Origin: Eledone cirrhosa
Taxonomy: Eukaryota
Direction of reading: 5' to 3'
NCBI GenBank assembly: GCA_964016885.1
Contig: OZ024740.1
Location: 48,980,001 to 49,044,000, forward strand
Length of the DNA stretch: 64,000 nucleotides
Numbering within the stretch: position 1 is the stretch's first letter; the number at the start of each line of letters is the position of its first letter. A model generated the notes under the pieces. That model was given only the letters and a program-made list of their open reading frames with translations. It was not told the DNA's origin and made no database searches. This document shows, piece by piece, positions 36,497 through 50,071 of this stretch. The position numbers were made by a program, and so were the translations under genes.

Positions 36497-36522
36497 CCAT
36501 CATGTCTGTTAATCTATTTCAG

Positions 36523-36592
36523 GAACAGAATTGCTGCCATGATGTCACTATTGTTCTATTCTCCCGTACATTCTACAATGCCAGTAGCCGTG
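36523..36592 (+). CDS. DEPDC5: DEPDC5 exon 9
   Basis: EQNCCHDVTIVLFSRTFYNASSR (human EKNCSHEVTVVLFSRTFY). Confidence 0.95.
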
Positions 36593-37463
36593 GTAAGTAA
36601 TATCTTGCTATATTTACTGTAAAGATAGACGAAGAGTTCTGTTTTCCCTTTATGGAAAATTTGAGGTATTTTAGAATAGTGGTCCTCAATGTGGGTGATG
36701 TTGACCCCCGAAGAGTCCATGGGATTACCGAGGGGGTGGGGAGTCGATTGAGCTTTTTGACCATTTGTATAAGAAATGAAAATACTTAAAATAATACAAT
36801 AAAATACAGTTTTCTGATTTATATATAATTAGTTTTTATTGTTTATTTTATCTGCTGAGTGTATCCCTGTGTCCCTGTGTGTTGTAAGAGGTGACTAAAA
36901 GGGTTAATGGCAGGAAGGGCATTTAGTTGTAAAACATTGCCTCAAAAAGGACCCATAATGAGTATGAAGCTTTTGTGGGGACTGTAAGGTCAACTGTTGC
37001 TTTAGAAAGGAAATTAGCCTTAAAACACTTGTAGCATCTATTAATTTTGTATTTTGTTTGCTGATTTCTTTCTTTTCTTTCTGTACATGCTTGCTGTTGA
37101 TGAAGGATCAAGGATTCCCTGAAGAGGTTGATTGTCTATTATAGCATAGAAAAGCACATGTAAAAATGATGAAGATGATATCTGTATATGTTATAGGAAA
37201 AAAATATTGTTGCTTAGTTCTTGGTTAGCTTTAATTCACTGGACAGGCATCCTGTTGCCTATTTCAGTCATATTAGATAATGAAGTGATAGATACACTAT
37301 GTCTTTCCTTTTACATGATGATAGGTTATGATTTGAGGGAGATTTGACTGCTATTTTTAGCAAGAGTGAGTGATTAAGTAGAATTTATTTTCTTTGCCTC
37401 TAGAAAAGTATTGTTGACGTATGGAGTTGTGTATTTAATATATATTTTCTTTCCTTTTTCTAG

Positions 37464-37536
37464 ATGAATTTCCACATGTTATTCGAGATTGGATTCAACA
37501 GGATTACAAAGGAAGATTCTATGAAGATTTTTACAG
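37464..37536 (+). CDS. DEPDC5: DEPDC5 exon 10
   Basis: DEFPHVIRDWIQQDYKGRFYEDFYR. Confidence 0.95.
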
Positions 37537-37644
37537 GTTCTGCTATATTTACCTTGTTACTTTCCAAATTGTATAACTTGTTTTAATCTGAATTTGTTTA
37601 TAATATTAATGCTTCCACAACATTTTATTCAATGTTCTATATAG

Positions 37645-37832
37645 GGTTGTGGTACAGAATGAGCGGTATGAAGAATGGGCAAGTACTTTGATCCAGTTAC
37701 GTGTGATTTTTAATGAATATCCACATAAAGTGGTTCGTTATCATGAGGCATGTGGATTAACTATGCCACCAGCTGAAAACTCAACTGCTTCTCAGGGCAA
37801 CTTTCTAGAAACCTTGAATATGTCTCTTAACT
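37645..37832 (+). CDS. DEPDC5: DEPDC5 exon 11
   Basis: VVVQNERYEEWASTL...ENSTASQGNFLETLNMSLN. Confidence 0.95.
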
Positions 37833-38624
37833 GTAAGTGTTTCCTTATTTCTTTTTTTGTATACAAGGCCTGTCTTTAGTTTCTTGACATAGTTGATACC
37901 TCATACTTGCTTTTGAGTAAAATGAGTTGCTGTTTATAAAATTATATATGTAATTGTTTTAGGTGATGTATTTTCAGCTGTGTGTATGCATTTTAGAATA
38001 GGTACATCGTACCATTTAGTGTCACAAGAGATGACTAAGAGGGTTGGCACCAGGAAGGGCATCTAAACATAAAACATTTCCTCAAAAAAGACCCCTTGAT
38101 GATTATAGAATATGTCATGGGGCCCTGCTTTAGCAAGCAAAATGGCCTTAAAACATTGTATACATTTTTTGAACCATTAGGCTCCTCTTTAAAAATAAAA
38201 AAATACTTTAATATTCAAATTTACACTGCATATCATGATCAGTTTGATCTCTTGTCTTATTCCTAGATATCACTAGCTTTGAATTAGGAATCTTTATATT
38301 TAAAGACATCATGTTTTTTTCAGCCTAGGATAAAATTATTTTGAAAAATATAACATTTATAGAAATAGAACATTTATAGAAATGATCTTGACTTTAGGGA
38401 AAGTTATCTAAAACAAGTTCAAAATCTAAATGTAGTTTAATTAATAGATGCTAATTACCGTTGTCAAAGAAAATAAAAGAATAATCAAGGAAAGTTTATC
38501 TTCACTAAGCATGTTCATGCTGTTTGTTACAAAGCCAGACTTTTGTAAGTGAATGAAGAGAGAGAGTATTTTAAAATATTTTAACTTAATGAAGAATCAT
38601 TTAACATTATACCATATTTTCCAG

Positions 38625-38759
38625 TGTTTGAACGATATTATCTTGATCGAAGTTTTGACCGTACAGGCCAAGTAGCTGTGGTTATAACTCCTGGGCCAGG
38701 TGTGTTTGAAGTTGATCGGGAATTGACAAACATAACAAAACACAGAACAATAGATTGTG
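38625..38759 (+). CDS. DEPDC5: DEPDC5 exon 12
   Basis: [45 protein letters not shown]. Confidence 0.96.
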
Positions 38760-39837
38760 GTAAGTGAATTTTATTCTTTTCTTGCCTGATTTAGTTTGAA
38801 ACTAAAATTTTGAAAATAATCAAGACTTTCAAGGGATTTAGCAAAATAACTAATTTTCTCATTATTAAGTTGGTGTTTTGAGCATAATATTACAAAGGTT
38901 CTTACATAAAATTATGATGGAAAGTATTATTTAGTAAAATATAAACACATTAAAACAAACAGTTTTGTGTTATAGAAAGTGGAGCAGTTTCAGGTGGATT
39001 GGTATGAAAAGGGTTAAAGAAAATGTAATGGTGCATTACTAAAATCTGCAACATGAGCTAACTGTTTGATTTATAATTTTAAGTTTCAAATCTAAATTTG
39101 GTTGTTAGTTTTTCAGTTGATTGTTAAATATATATTTGTAACTCATTGAAATATATATTGAAAAACTGAAGTCATATCTAGCATGTTGAATTTGTGGGTC
39201 ATTACCAACCATTTCATTTCTCTACTTCCATACCATAAATCTGATAGATTATAACTGACATTTGTGATTCAACAACAACAATTGTTGCTATCGTATATTG
39301 TTATACAGTGTAGCAATTTTATTGTATATTTTATTATATGATTGTCATCACTTTTAGAAGGTGGCTAACTGGTAGGATTATTATAATGTTAGATCAAATG
39401 CCTCATGGTATCTATTTCACCATATTGCATTCTGAGTTCAAATTTCATCCAGGTCATCTTTGCTTTTCATGCTTCCTGGATAGATAAATAAAGTACCAGT
39501 CTAGTACTAGGGTTGTTTCTTCTTTGTCTCTCTGAATTGGCTATGTTGCACCATGAAAATGGTTGTGAGAGGCTGTATACAAAAACCATCCAAGGGTGAC
39601 CTGATATGCAGCACAGTTTGGAACAGTAAAATAATAAGTCATCTTTTTAAATATACTTACTTTTACTTTTTACTCATGCAAAATGAAAATTGTATCAAAT
39701 TAAAAAGTAATGATTTTATTGAAGAAATATATAATTTGTTATTTTGTATATATTCTTATGTGAATATTCTTAATCTTGTAACTTAACACCAGGTAATTTT
39801 CAAGCCAAATAGACTTTAAAATATTTTTCTTTTATAG

Positions 39838-39899
39838 GTATAGGAAGTGATTTGGTATGTATGGGAGAACAACCACTACATGCAGCACCTTTATTTAAA
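39838..39899 (+). CDS. DEPDC5: DEPDC5 exon 13
   Basis: [20 protein letters not shown]. Confidence 0.96.
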
Positions 39900-40890
39900 G
39901 TAAATATTCATATCTGATTATTTTCTCTTGATCTATAATTTAATTTTCATTTGTTCACATTTTGTTATCTCATATTTAATTTTTATTAAGTATTCGAGAT
40001 AGTTATATTGAACAATATGTAGGAATATTTTAGGAAGACTTTATTTGAAAGTGTTTTCTGGTTTCTTTTATAAAATTGTAATTAATTTAAAAACAATTAA
40101 GTTAATGAAGGCAAGAGGTATAGTGCCCCTTTTTTATATTCTCCTAGACTAGTGACGTTGATGTATAATATCTAGCTTGAACATCTGCAGGAAAAGTCTA
40201 GGTGATGAGTGATCTGGTGCAAGCACTAAGGACACTTTTTTATGGCTTACATAGAGGAGAAAGGGCAATGTCCATGACATTTTTTCAGAGGCTCTAAGAC
40301 TGGTGAAGGGAGAAGAAACTTAAGAGCTGCTTTGAATGCTTACAACAGCATGGATTCTGGTTGAACTAGGTGATAAATTAAGTCTACAAAAAAAAAAAAA
40401 AAGTAGGATTAGTTCATCAAATGTGCCTCCACATGGTTTATTTGTCCAATTTCACTCATAAAGCTTGCATTAATCTCAAGCTGTTATAGAAGTCACTTGC
40501 ACAAAGATTCATGCAATAAGATTGAATCCAGGACCACATGATTATGAGATAGGGATGGGAATTTAAGCATGAATTGCTAGTCTCTTGATGTATTATTTTG
40601 TGAAAATTCTAATCTTATCTGCCACTTATCTAATTTTAAAACCAATTTCTAAAAAAACTTATTAAATATCAAAATAATTTGGTTACTCATTCATAATTTG
40701 CTTTTTTTTCCATATTTGCATTTCTATTTATGATGATTCTTTCCTTTTTATGTATGTATATGATCATTTAATAGGATGGCTGAATGCATAAAGCATTGAA
40801 CTACCTACTCACAGGTAATAAGTTTAAGCCTACTGTAGGTATTTCAATCTGTTTTTGGAAAGAATACTTTAGTCTACATTACTTTAGTCT

Positions 40891-41488
40891 TGTGGTAATG
40901 AAGAATCCTTGTTGGATAGTTTATCAATATAGACGTGGGGGAAAGTCCCTCGTCTATTTACCAATTTCGTAAGTGAGAGGATAGGTACTCCATAGAATTA
41001 TAACAAGTGAGTGGGTGTGTGTGTAGACAAGATAATAGCCACAACGAGAGTTCTATTCAACAATGTAAATAAGGATAATGTTTATTTTGTCTATTATGTG
41101 TTTGTTATATTACAAATGAAACAACATACCAATATAGACGTGATCAGTTGAAATGAAAGCAACGTATTACAATTACAAAGGCCGTGTGCTGTTTTCTGTC
41201 TCCGTGGCTTGTCTGTTGTTTCGTGGTACAGAGGCCGTCTGCTGTTTGCTGTCTCCGTGGCTTGTCTGGCTTGTCTAAGAAAGTAATACTGCTCCTTACC
41301 TAAATAGTGTTCTCAACTAGGGGGAGACAACTAGGCCTGGTCCATTATCCGACAGAGGGGCGTAAGGCGTCTTACTACAGTCTGATTGGCTTTTGTAAAT
41401 AGGTACCATATCAACTGTAAATGTTACCTGGGATAAACCAGCATGCTGTCCAGAGTGAAGGTTTAACCTTCATCCACTTTACACCACA
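40891..41488 (-). mobile_element. Possible solo LTR-like insertion
   Basis: tgtgg...ccaca termini; on the - strand a CCAAT box (~41385) and AATAAA (~41085); an internal ~36-bp direct repeat at 41180-41270. No TSD found. Confidence 0.3.
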
Positions 41489-42112
41489 AAACCAGGGCCT
41501 AGTGTGTTGGCCTTTAAAACTTATTAGGTTTTTTTTGTTAATTTTACATATTTTACGCATCGTTGTAATAATATTGATCCTATAACTGACTACCATTATA
41601 ATATATCTATATTCATCCATCCTCATTGATTGCCATTATAATTTATATATATATATATTTTTTCATATTCCACATTGTAAATGTGGTTGGTATTAGGAAG
41701 AGCATCCAGCTGTAAAAACCCCAGCCAAATTTACAGTCTCATCGGAGCAAGGTACGGCATGGCCAATTCTGGCCAGACTTGTCTCTCGACGCGGACGACC
41801 TGTCTAACCCATGCAATCATAGAAAATGGATGTTAAACGATGGTGGTGGTGGTGATGATGATATATATATATAAGTGGAGAGATGCTGTGCTGAATAGGA
41901 CCCGTCCAACCCTTGCAAGTAGGGAAAAGCGGACGTAAAATGATGATGATGGTGATGATATATATATATATATACATACATTCTTTAGCAGGGAAAATGG
42001 CCTTAAAACACTTGTTTGTATTGTATTTATGAGGAAGATAACACATTTAACTTGCTGACTGATACTAGAACAGTCATTCAGTAAAATATCTGGCCAATAT
42101 GTCAAGAAAAAC

Positions 42113-42308
42113 CATTTAAACTCACCATATCTGGCCAGAACTCTTTCACCTTCTTCTGTTCAAACTAGCCATAATTGGCTGCTCATACTTATATTAAGGC
42201 ATTGTTCTCAAAATAATATTGAAATCTCATAGATTCAATATTATGTGAGATAAAGTGTTTACCGTGAAAATACAATAGTAAATATACAGTAATGTAAATG
42301 CTAAAGGG
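42113..42308. mobile_element. piggyBac-type MITE, copy 2 (reverse orientation, one end lost)
   Basis: Ends taaatgctaaaggg|TTAA; the body matches the other copies. Confidence 0.75.
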
Positions 42309-42382
42309 TTAATAGTGTTGGTGGTGTTTTTATTGATTGATCTGGATATGGTTTTGTAGCTACTAATAATCTATATTTTCAG

Positions 42383-42456
42383 TTCCACAGTAAAACTGAG
42401 AAAATCACCTTGGAAGTTGGAGATGATTATAATATTCCTCATTGGATGAACCACAG
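42383..42456 (+). CDS. DEPDC5: DEPDC5 exon 14
   Basis: FHSKTEKITLEVGDDYNIPHWMNHS (human LGDDYNIPHWINHS). Confidence 0.95.
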
Positions 42457-43359
42457 GTAGGTAAAGTGAAGTTATAACTTTCTCTTCTGTCCTGTCATTT
42501 TTGTCTTTATTAAAGTTATTCTTTCTATTTATGATAAGATCTCTTTGTAGACATACAGGTGTGTATTTCATTGTGAACCTCCTCCCCCTCATCACTAATG
42601 TGGCTACCTGGTCCATTGTGGTCTTAAGGGTCCTCTCCACTCCATGTAGGCTTTATTCTCTTGCCATATTTATTTTTAGGATTGCATTGCTTGAGCTGGT
42701 GGTTGGGTTTTTTGTATTATAGCAAATGGCCTGTCAGCTTGGCCCTGTGTCATCTCCTTCATGAGGTTCAGTTCTTGAGGTCATTCATTATGTATGTGTG
42801 TGTGTACATGCATGGATGTTGCAGGGGAAAAGTGTGTGAGTGGAGAGATGCTGTGCTGAGAAGGACTCGTCCAACCCATGCAAGTGTGGAAAAACGGACA
42901 TAAAAATGATGATAATAATGATGATGATGAGTGGGTCAAAAGAATCCAGATATTTTCTGGTAGCATCATTGTTGCTCAGCATTGTAATATATTTTCTGTA
43001 AAGTAGTCATGCTGGTGGCACAACAAAAAGCACCCAGCCCACACTGTAAAGTGGTCATTTTGGTGCCAGGATAAAAAGTACTCATTCCACTTTGTAAATG
43101 TGGTTGGCATTAGGAAGGGCTTCCAGCTATAGAAACCAAACCAGAAAAAGTTCTGTATGAGCAAGACAAGGTCAGCTAGTCTCACAATGGGACAACTCAT
43201 CTAATCCATGCTAGCGTGGAAAAACGGACATTAAACAGTTTTGATGTTGATGATGAGAACCCGAAGAAAAATTGTAATTTTTATAATTAAAGCAATTTGA
43301 TTGAAAATTTTCAATGTATCAAACACAACTTTCAATGTTTATTAAAAATGTAATTTCAG

Positions 43360-43432
43360 CTTCTATACTTTCAAATCTCCTCTCCTTGGAACTGAATCAA
43401 CCTTTATTCCACGAATCAAACCACCAAAAATT
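43360..43432 (+). CDS. DEPDC5: DEPDC5 exon 15
   Basis: FYTFKSPLLGTESTFIPRIKPPKI (human FYTSKSQ...FTPRIK). Confidence 0.93.
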
Positions 43433-44633
43433 GTAAGGATATAATTATTTTTTAAAGTTTGATTTTGATTTTGTTTACATGTTAATTTTTTTTTTAAAGC
43501 ATAAAGACAGAAGTAAAAGAACAATTAATTGAAATGCGGTAGGGCAATTAAGGTTTGATAAAAATAAGTGTAACCTTAGATACCAACATGGTTGACACTG
43601 TTCCTGTTTTAGAGTGTTCATGTTGAAATTAAAACATTCAAACATGATTTTTATGTAAGACCCAGATGTTGTGTCCCAAATACCAAATTGGTAATCACAA
43701 GACACAATATGTCTATGGGCCAGAAGTTAAAGTGTGTTTGTGAATGACTTGATGCTAATCATTTGAATACCATTTCTTTGGTTGTGGTCTTGGATAACTG
43801 AATGTGTAGCAGCACCACCATCCTAAATGTAAGAACAGGACTTCATTGGGTTTCTCACCCGACCTTTGTAGACGTAGTAGTTATTGGAATTTAAAGTATT
43901 TTCTGACATTGAGAGGCACTTTTTTTTTGTTTAGTATATGTATGCACCCAGAGAGATCCTAAGGCCAAGCATTTGAAGTGGTCATGAGGGATTTAGTTGA
44001 GTGTTGTTCATATTTATGTTGGGTGAGGCATAATAATGTTTTTTTGATATGGGATGTGATTATGTTCTTTTGCTGTTGAAGGAGACAGAATTGGCATGAC
44101 TCCATTGGAGAATATTTTTATGGTCTCTGTTATTGAAGTCAGTTTATGTATGGATGATTCTTGGGTGCTGAAAGTTAACAAAGAATGAAGAGCAGTGTCA
44201 TGTATAGGAATGGGCTTTATTAGAAATGACAGCATGTAGGTCACTGATGTGTAGGAGGAAAATTGTTGACAAACTATTGATCCAAGAGATGAGAGATAAA
44301 TGGGGTCCATAGGCTGGCAGTTTGACAGAAGATTTGTGTGCCAGACATGGTTTAAAGCTTTGCTGATATTTATTACAACAACACTATTTTTACCAAATTT
44401 CTTGAGAACAAGTGGTGAATGATGTTTGTCTCTAGTTTGATAAAATTAAACATTCATCTCTAGCTGTGTCAGTTCAAATTCCTTTTTTTTGTAGTAATTT
44501 TTCTCCTACACTCTAATAAACTATTATTCTGTATAGTTCAATTATATGAAATATGTCAGGACATTCTGGAAAGGCTTTCTGATATATTTATTCATTGATA
44601 TTTAATTTCTACAAACTATTTTCATTGTTCCAG

Positions 44634-44672
44634 CCTGGCCCTTTACCATATGGGGGTAATTGTGCACCAGTG
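44634..44672 (+). CDS. DEPDC5: DEPDC5 putative 39-nt symmetric small exon (16)
   Basis: ttcattgttccag|CCT...GTG|gtaagt; open frame PGPLPYGGNCAPV; phase 0-0; no homology support. Confidence 0.6.
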
Positions 44673-45644
44673 GTAAGTTGACTTGTTGCTAATATGGCAA
44701 TTAAAACACCAACTCACATCTTTTCTTTAACAAGTTCTATTAATACTTCTCCACAAAGACTTTTGTTATATTTACTAATACAGCTTATCTTTTCACTCAA
44801 ATTAACCATTTCCTCATATAACTGCAGCTTCATATACTAACAAGGTTTCTTCATTGTTGATTTTGTTTTCATGTGGATGATATGCATACTTTGGACATCA
44901 CATTATTATTTTTTTTTTACTTGGATACCATATTATTTTTTTTAGCAAGTAGTTTTCTGCTGTTTCTCCTTGTTATATCCAGGGTGTACTGGGTTCATTT
45001 TTGTGGCAACAGCACTAGAGAGGTTATATACAAGTGATAGAGATTGTCATGTGTATAGTTGTTGACTTCCAAAGAATGGTACCTACTGAGCAAGATAAAG
45101 CAAAAGGTTGTTTAGCATAAACATAGTCTTCCAGGCTGGTGGTTGGACACAGGGTTAGCAGCGCTGCTGCATATAAACATTTCTTGCTATGGAAACATTA
45201 ATAGTAAGCAAAACAAACCTGCTTGGAGTAATGGAGGCTTTTGCTCTTGGAAACTGATATTGTCCTCTGGACAAATCTTCTTGAGAAACTGGAGAACTGG
45301 AAAGAAAGATGGAAAGAACAAGAAGACATTAGAAAGGATTGTACAGGACAGGCAGCTTTAGAAGGCTTATTTTAATGGCTTAGGCTCCATTTGGGGTTGA
45401 AGGAAAAAAAAGAAGACTGACTAGAAATTATTATAGTCATAGTTCTAGCAGCTATAGTAATAGTTCTAGCAAGTAATATTTGTAGTAATAGTTCTAGTAG
45501 ATGAAAATATTATGTGCATACTAAGAAATGATAATACGTCATTTGATAATGGTGCTATGAGGTGGGGAAAAGGGTGTAAATATGCTAACCCTTAGATGTA
45601 CTTACTTTGTAACAGGATGTAGACACATTTCCATATTAATTTAA

Positions 45645-45863
45645 ACCTTTAGCATTTAAACTGACCGTATCCGGCCAGAATTCTCTCATCTCTTTCTGTT
45701 CAAATAGGCTGTACCTGGCCCCTCATACTGATGTTAAAGTATTTTTCTCAAAATAAATAACATCAAAATCTCATATATTCGATATTATGAGATAATTATG
45801 TAAGATAAATCCTTTACCACAAAAATACAATAGTATATATAGAGTAATGTAAATGCTAAAGGG
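45645..45863. mobile_element. piggyBac-type MITE, copy 3 (reverse orientation)
   Basis: TTAA|acctttagcattta...taaatgctaaaggg|TTAA. Confidence 0.85.
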
Positions 45864-46944
45864 TTAACATAAAAACATTGGCATTTGGAAGGTATTTAAC
45901 ACAGGTTGCTTTGTGACAATATGTTTATTAAGTGGGGATAGTCTTTTTAGCTTATATGAAATAGTGTCGTGCTTTGTTACCTATTACATTTCCCTTTAAT
46001 ATAAATTCAGTTACTGTCTATATTTTCATATTTCATAATTTTAAATATTTTTTATGACTTAGTAAGTGGAGGAAAGGCAGTATTCATGACAACTTGCAGG
46101 GCCCCTGACACTGGTAGGAGGAGAGGAAAAAGAAACCACTATGAGTCATGGGTTGTTGTAATAGGAAGAAACACATTGAAAATATTGTATTATCTTTCGA
46201 CCAGGACCTGGTCCAAACAATTGCACAGAAAGGACTTTACTAAAAGTACCCTATAGCCATACAGTTATGTTAAAAATCAGTTGATGGTTTAAGTCTAACA
46301 CCCTCAAAATAGGAAAGGACCTATCTGATAGCACCTGCACAGTTTCCATCTCACCAGGTTCACTAAAAAGCTTGAGTTTACTGAAGGCTTTGTTAGAAGA
46401 CACTTGTAGATTTGAACCAGAACCACATTATTGCAAAATGAAATTCTTAACCACATAGACATGCCTGCATCCTTTAACATGCAACTCATAATTCTTATTA
46501 TAGTTATTAAAAAAAATTCTTTAATATGGTATATATGTCTCACACAAAATATATAGACAGTATATGTAGATTGATATGTCAATTCAATGAGAGTATTGTG
46601 CTCTATGAATCCAACTATTATTTTTTTATAATGTTTGTTTTATATTTGCCCTCTAATTGAATGTATGTATTGATAAATATATATTAAGAATGAGTGATCA
46701 AAGTTTCAGTTTAACATATTCTATCTGTTTAACATGAGCTTTGCAAATGACCAGTTCAGAGCCTTAATCAATTACAATCAGCGAAACACAAATTATGCAT
46801 GATTACAAATAAAAAAAATATGTATATCTTCTATACATCTTGTGTGAAATATAATTGCCTCCTGGTTGTTGCTGATAGTGGCAGAACATTTTAAGTATAC
46901 ATGATTTGTTAACAATGTATACAAATTCTAACATGTTTGATTAA

Positions 46945-47152
46945 CCCTTTAGCATTTACATTACTCTATGTTCACTATTGTATTTTCACAGTAAAGGCTT
47001 TATCTCACATAATATTGAATCTATGAGATTTTGATATTATTTATTTTGAGAAAAATACCTTATTGTCAGTATGTGCAGCTGGTTACAGCCAGTTTGAACA
47101 GAAAGAGGTGAGAGAATTCTGGCCGAATACGGCTGGTTTAAGTGCTAAAGGG
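46945..47152. mobile_element. piggyBac-type MITE, copy 4
   Basis: TTAA|ccctttagcattta...taagtgctaaaggg|TTAA; 208 bp. Confidence 0.88.
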
Positions 47153-48042
47153 TTAAACATTTTTCTGTACTGTTGAACTGTTGTGGATAATACAGTAATT
47201 GACACCATTGAACAAAGACCTGCCATCACCTCCTTTGACATTGCAACAATAGCAATGTCAATTTTAATAGATAAAGTAGCAATAACAAACTCAAGAACAT
47301 ACTGTACATTCCCAATTGTATTGAAGTACAGTCAGTGTGATAGTCTGGACATTTATACTCTCCTCACTGTCCATTTAACATTTCTAAACAGTTTTAGCTA
47401 CTGTTAGAAATTTGTCAGTGGATGGGTGTTACTGGTTTTTTTTTTTGCTTTTGACCAGAATTTCCACATATCGAACAGATAAAAATGTGTTCGTTATTTG
47501 AAGAATTTACTTTTTGTTTCTGTTCTACCAAGATACTCTTTTCTAACAAGCTAAAAAAATTAAAACATTAAATACCAAAAGTAAGGGAAATTAGGAAGCG
47601 AGTGGCAGACTCTACACCACAGTTTAGGCAGTATGTCTTAACTGCATCCTGCAGACAAAGTGGTGAAGATATTACCATGGAAATCAGTGAATGGTATCCA
47701 CCGTTTCAGCCACTCTATCTTATAGGGGTCCTTCCTTGTCAGAAAAAAATGGTAGTTTGGGAACTGGGGATACCAGAGATCTTGACAGTGAGTGCTATAA
47801 AATGGAAGTGGTTGATGAAGTCCTGATATTTGGCTGTTTCTCTTCTCTGCACTAAAGGCACCTGGGTACCTGGGTTTGTTATAAAAAATATTAAATGGAA
47901 ATTCAACCAGCTATGTCTCTGTTAGCAGAATACAATTTATTTTCCAGTAATACAATAATAACTGGTTTAGTTTCCAAATCAGTTTCATACTCTGCAATAT
48001 ATAACTGTTTTACAAAGCTTATAATCTTTTTTTCTTTTATAG

Positions 48043-48073
48043 CTTGAGGATATTAAAATGAAATCCAAAGAAG
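48043..48073 (+). CDS. DEPDC5: DEPDC5 putative 31-nt exon (17)
   Basis: Long pyrimidine tract, tag|LEDIKMKSKE|gtaaat. It supplies the phase 0 to 1 change needed to join exon 18. Confidence 0.75.
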
Positions 48074-48324
48074 GTAAATATTTTGTTCCATTTCTAGCTT
48101 TTAATAATATCGTTGTTGTTATTATTCTGAGTTCAAATCCTGTCATAGTCAACTTCACCTTTCATCCTTCCAGGGTTGATAAAATAATGTATCAGTCAAG
48201 TATTGGGGTTGATGTAATTGACTTTCTCTTCCCATCAAATTGCTGGCCTTGTGCCCAAATTAGAAACTATTATTATTCTGATTTCAAATCCTACTGAGGT
48301 CAGCTTTGCTTTCACCTCTCCTAT

Positions 48325-48990
48325 CACACAACCAATTGGTTAGGTTCCATTGTCACTGGTAATGAAAAAAGGTGTCTACATTAATGTCAAGTACAAGCGA
48401 TCATGGGTTGATAAAGAGAGTGTGCCACAACGGCAAGGAAAAGCTGGCCTCTGCCATTGCAAGGCCCTACTGAGCATCTGGTGGGACTAAAAAGGTGTCA
48501 TCCACATGAGTTGCTCCCACCGAACACCAGGATAACCTCTGACACCTCTTTCCAACAACTTGACAGATTAGTAGTGAAAATCACACAGGTGCACCCACTC
48601 TATGGTCCTGTTTGTTTCCTTCATGATAACGCTTGGCCACACATATCAAAGACGATCTGTGTGAAGCAGCTGGAGCTAGGTTGGGAGGTTCTACCCCACC
48701 TACCATATTTGCTTGACCTTGCACCTACAGACTATCACCTTTTTCTCTCAATGAGCAATCAATGCAGTCAAAGACCTTCGCCAATGAATAATAGTTAAAT
48801 CAGTGACTGACAGAATTCTTTGCATCGAAGCCAGAAGAATTCTACAGGGTTGGAATCATGTGCCTTCCTAAATGATGACAGACAATAATCACAAACGATG
48901 GCGATTATTTTGACTTAATTTTCATAATGTTAAACAAACGCCAAAGTTTTTGAAAAATGAGAACTTTCTATTATGACAAATTGGTAGTAT
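48325..48990 (+). mobile_element. mariner (DD34D) transposase remnant
   Basis: VTGNEK, FLHDNAWPH, LGWEVLPHLPYLLDLAPTDYHLF (YSPDLAP motif) and ..NDGDYF. Confidence 0.85.
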
Positions 48991-49493
48991 TTAAGATGCC
49001 AGATAGAATCCTTTGTGGTATTTGTTCCAGCTCCCTGTGTTTTAAATCCAAATCATGTCATGGTCTGCTTTGCCTTTCATCATTTTAATGTTGATAATTA
49101 AAGTACCAGTCCAGGGCAGTACGTTAGTGGAATTGTTAGAGTGTTGGATGGGAGGCTTTGCTGTATCTGGTCTGGCTCTTTGTGTTCTGGACCTTGTCTT
49201 TCTCTTGGACAATATTGGTGGTTTGGAGAGGGGCGACTTACATTCTTGGGTAACTGTTGATCTTCCATAAAACTACTGGTCTTCCAAAAAGACTTGCTTA
49301 GGCTGGCACCTCCAAGAGAAATTTTCCAAGGGCATGTCCAAGAATGAACTATTAGTTGTCCTTTGTTATAAGATCCTCTGTGTGGTCACTTGATGTACTA
49401 AAAATAGTAGTCACCATTAAATCACACTACCAAATAACCTTTTCTTGAATTAATTCAAATAGAATTTGGAAGGATTTACTAACATTAATAACG

Positions 49494-49612
49494 ATCTGAG
49501 TTCAAATCCCGCCGAGGTTGACTTTGCCTTTCATCCTTACGGGGTCGATAAAATAAAGTACCAGTAATGCACTGGGTAATTGCTGGCCTTGTGCCTAAAA
49601 GTAGAAACAATT
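49494..49612 (+). mobile_element. SINE fragment (Nin/Deu-like central domain)
   Basis: gagttcaaatcc B-box plus gcctttcatccttacggggtcgataaaataaagtacc; related copies at ~21790, 23590, 39430 and 48127. Confidence 0.7.
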
Positions 49613-49809
49613 ATTATTTTAATATTAAGGCAGTATTTGTAACATAAATAGTTTTTATATCAAATTATATTGGAAGATTTTAATTTAAGCAAGGACTCGT
49701 TAGAATAAATGGTTATGTTTCATAGAACCAGAAGCAGTTTTTAGTGGAATGATAATGAAAGGGTTAAAAAAATAATGAAGGCAGTACAGAAATTATAATT
49801 GTTATGATT

Positions 49810-50071
49810 AGAATGCGATGGTATGGACATGTGATGCGTATGGAGGATGACCGATAGGTAAAGAAGTGCCAAGAAATATCAGTAGAAGGAAGACGCAGTA
49901 GAGGAAGACCACAAAAAACATGGGCGGAAGTGGTGAGAGCAGACCTCAGATCGCTGAAGCTCACGGAGAAGATGACAAAGGACCGTGACAAGTGGAGAGA
50001 TGCTGTGCTGAATAGTACCCGTCCCACCCTTGCAAGCAGGGAAAAGCGGACTTAAAATGATGATGATGATG
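49810..50071 (+). mobile_element. RTE 3' fragment
   Basis: RWYGHVMRM...RGRPQKTW and a (GAT)n tail. Confidence 0.85.
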
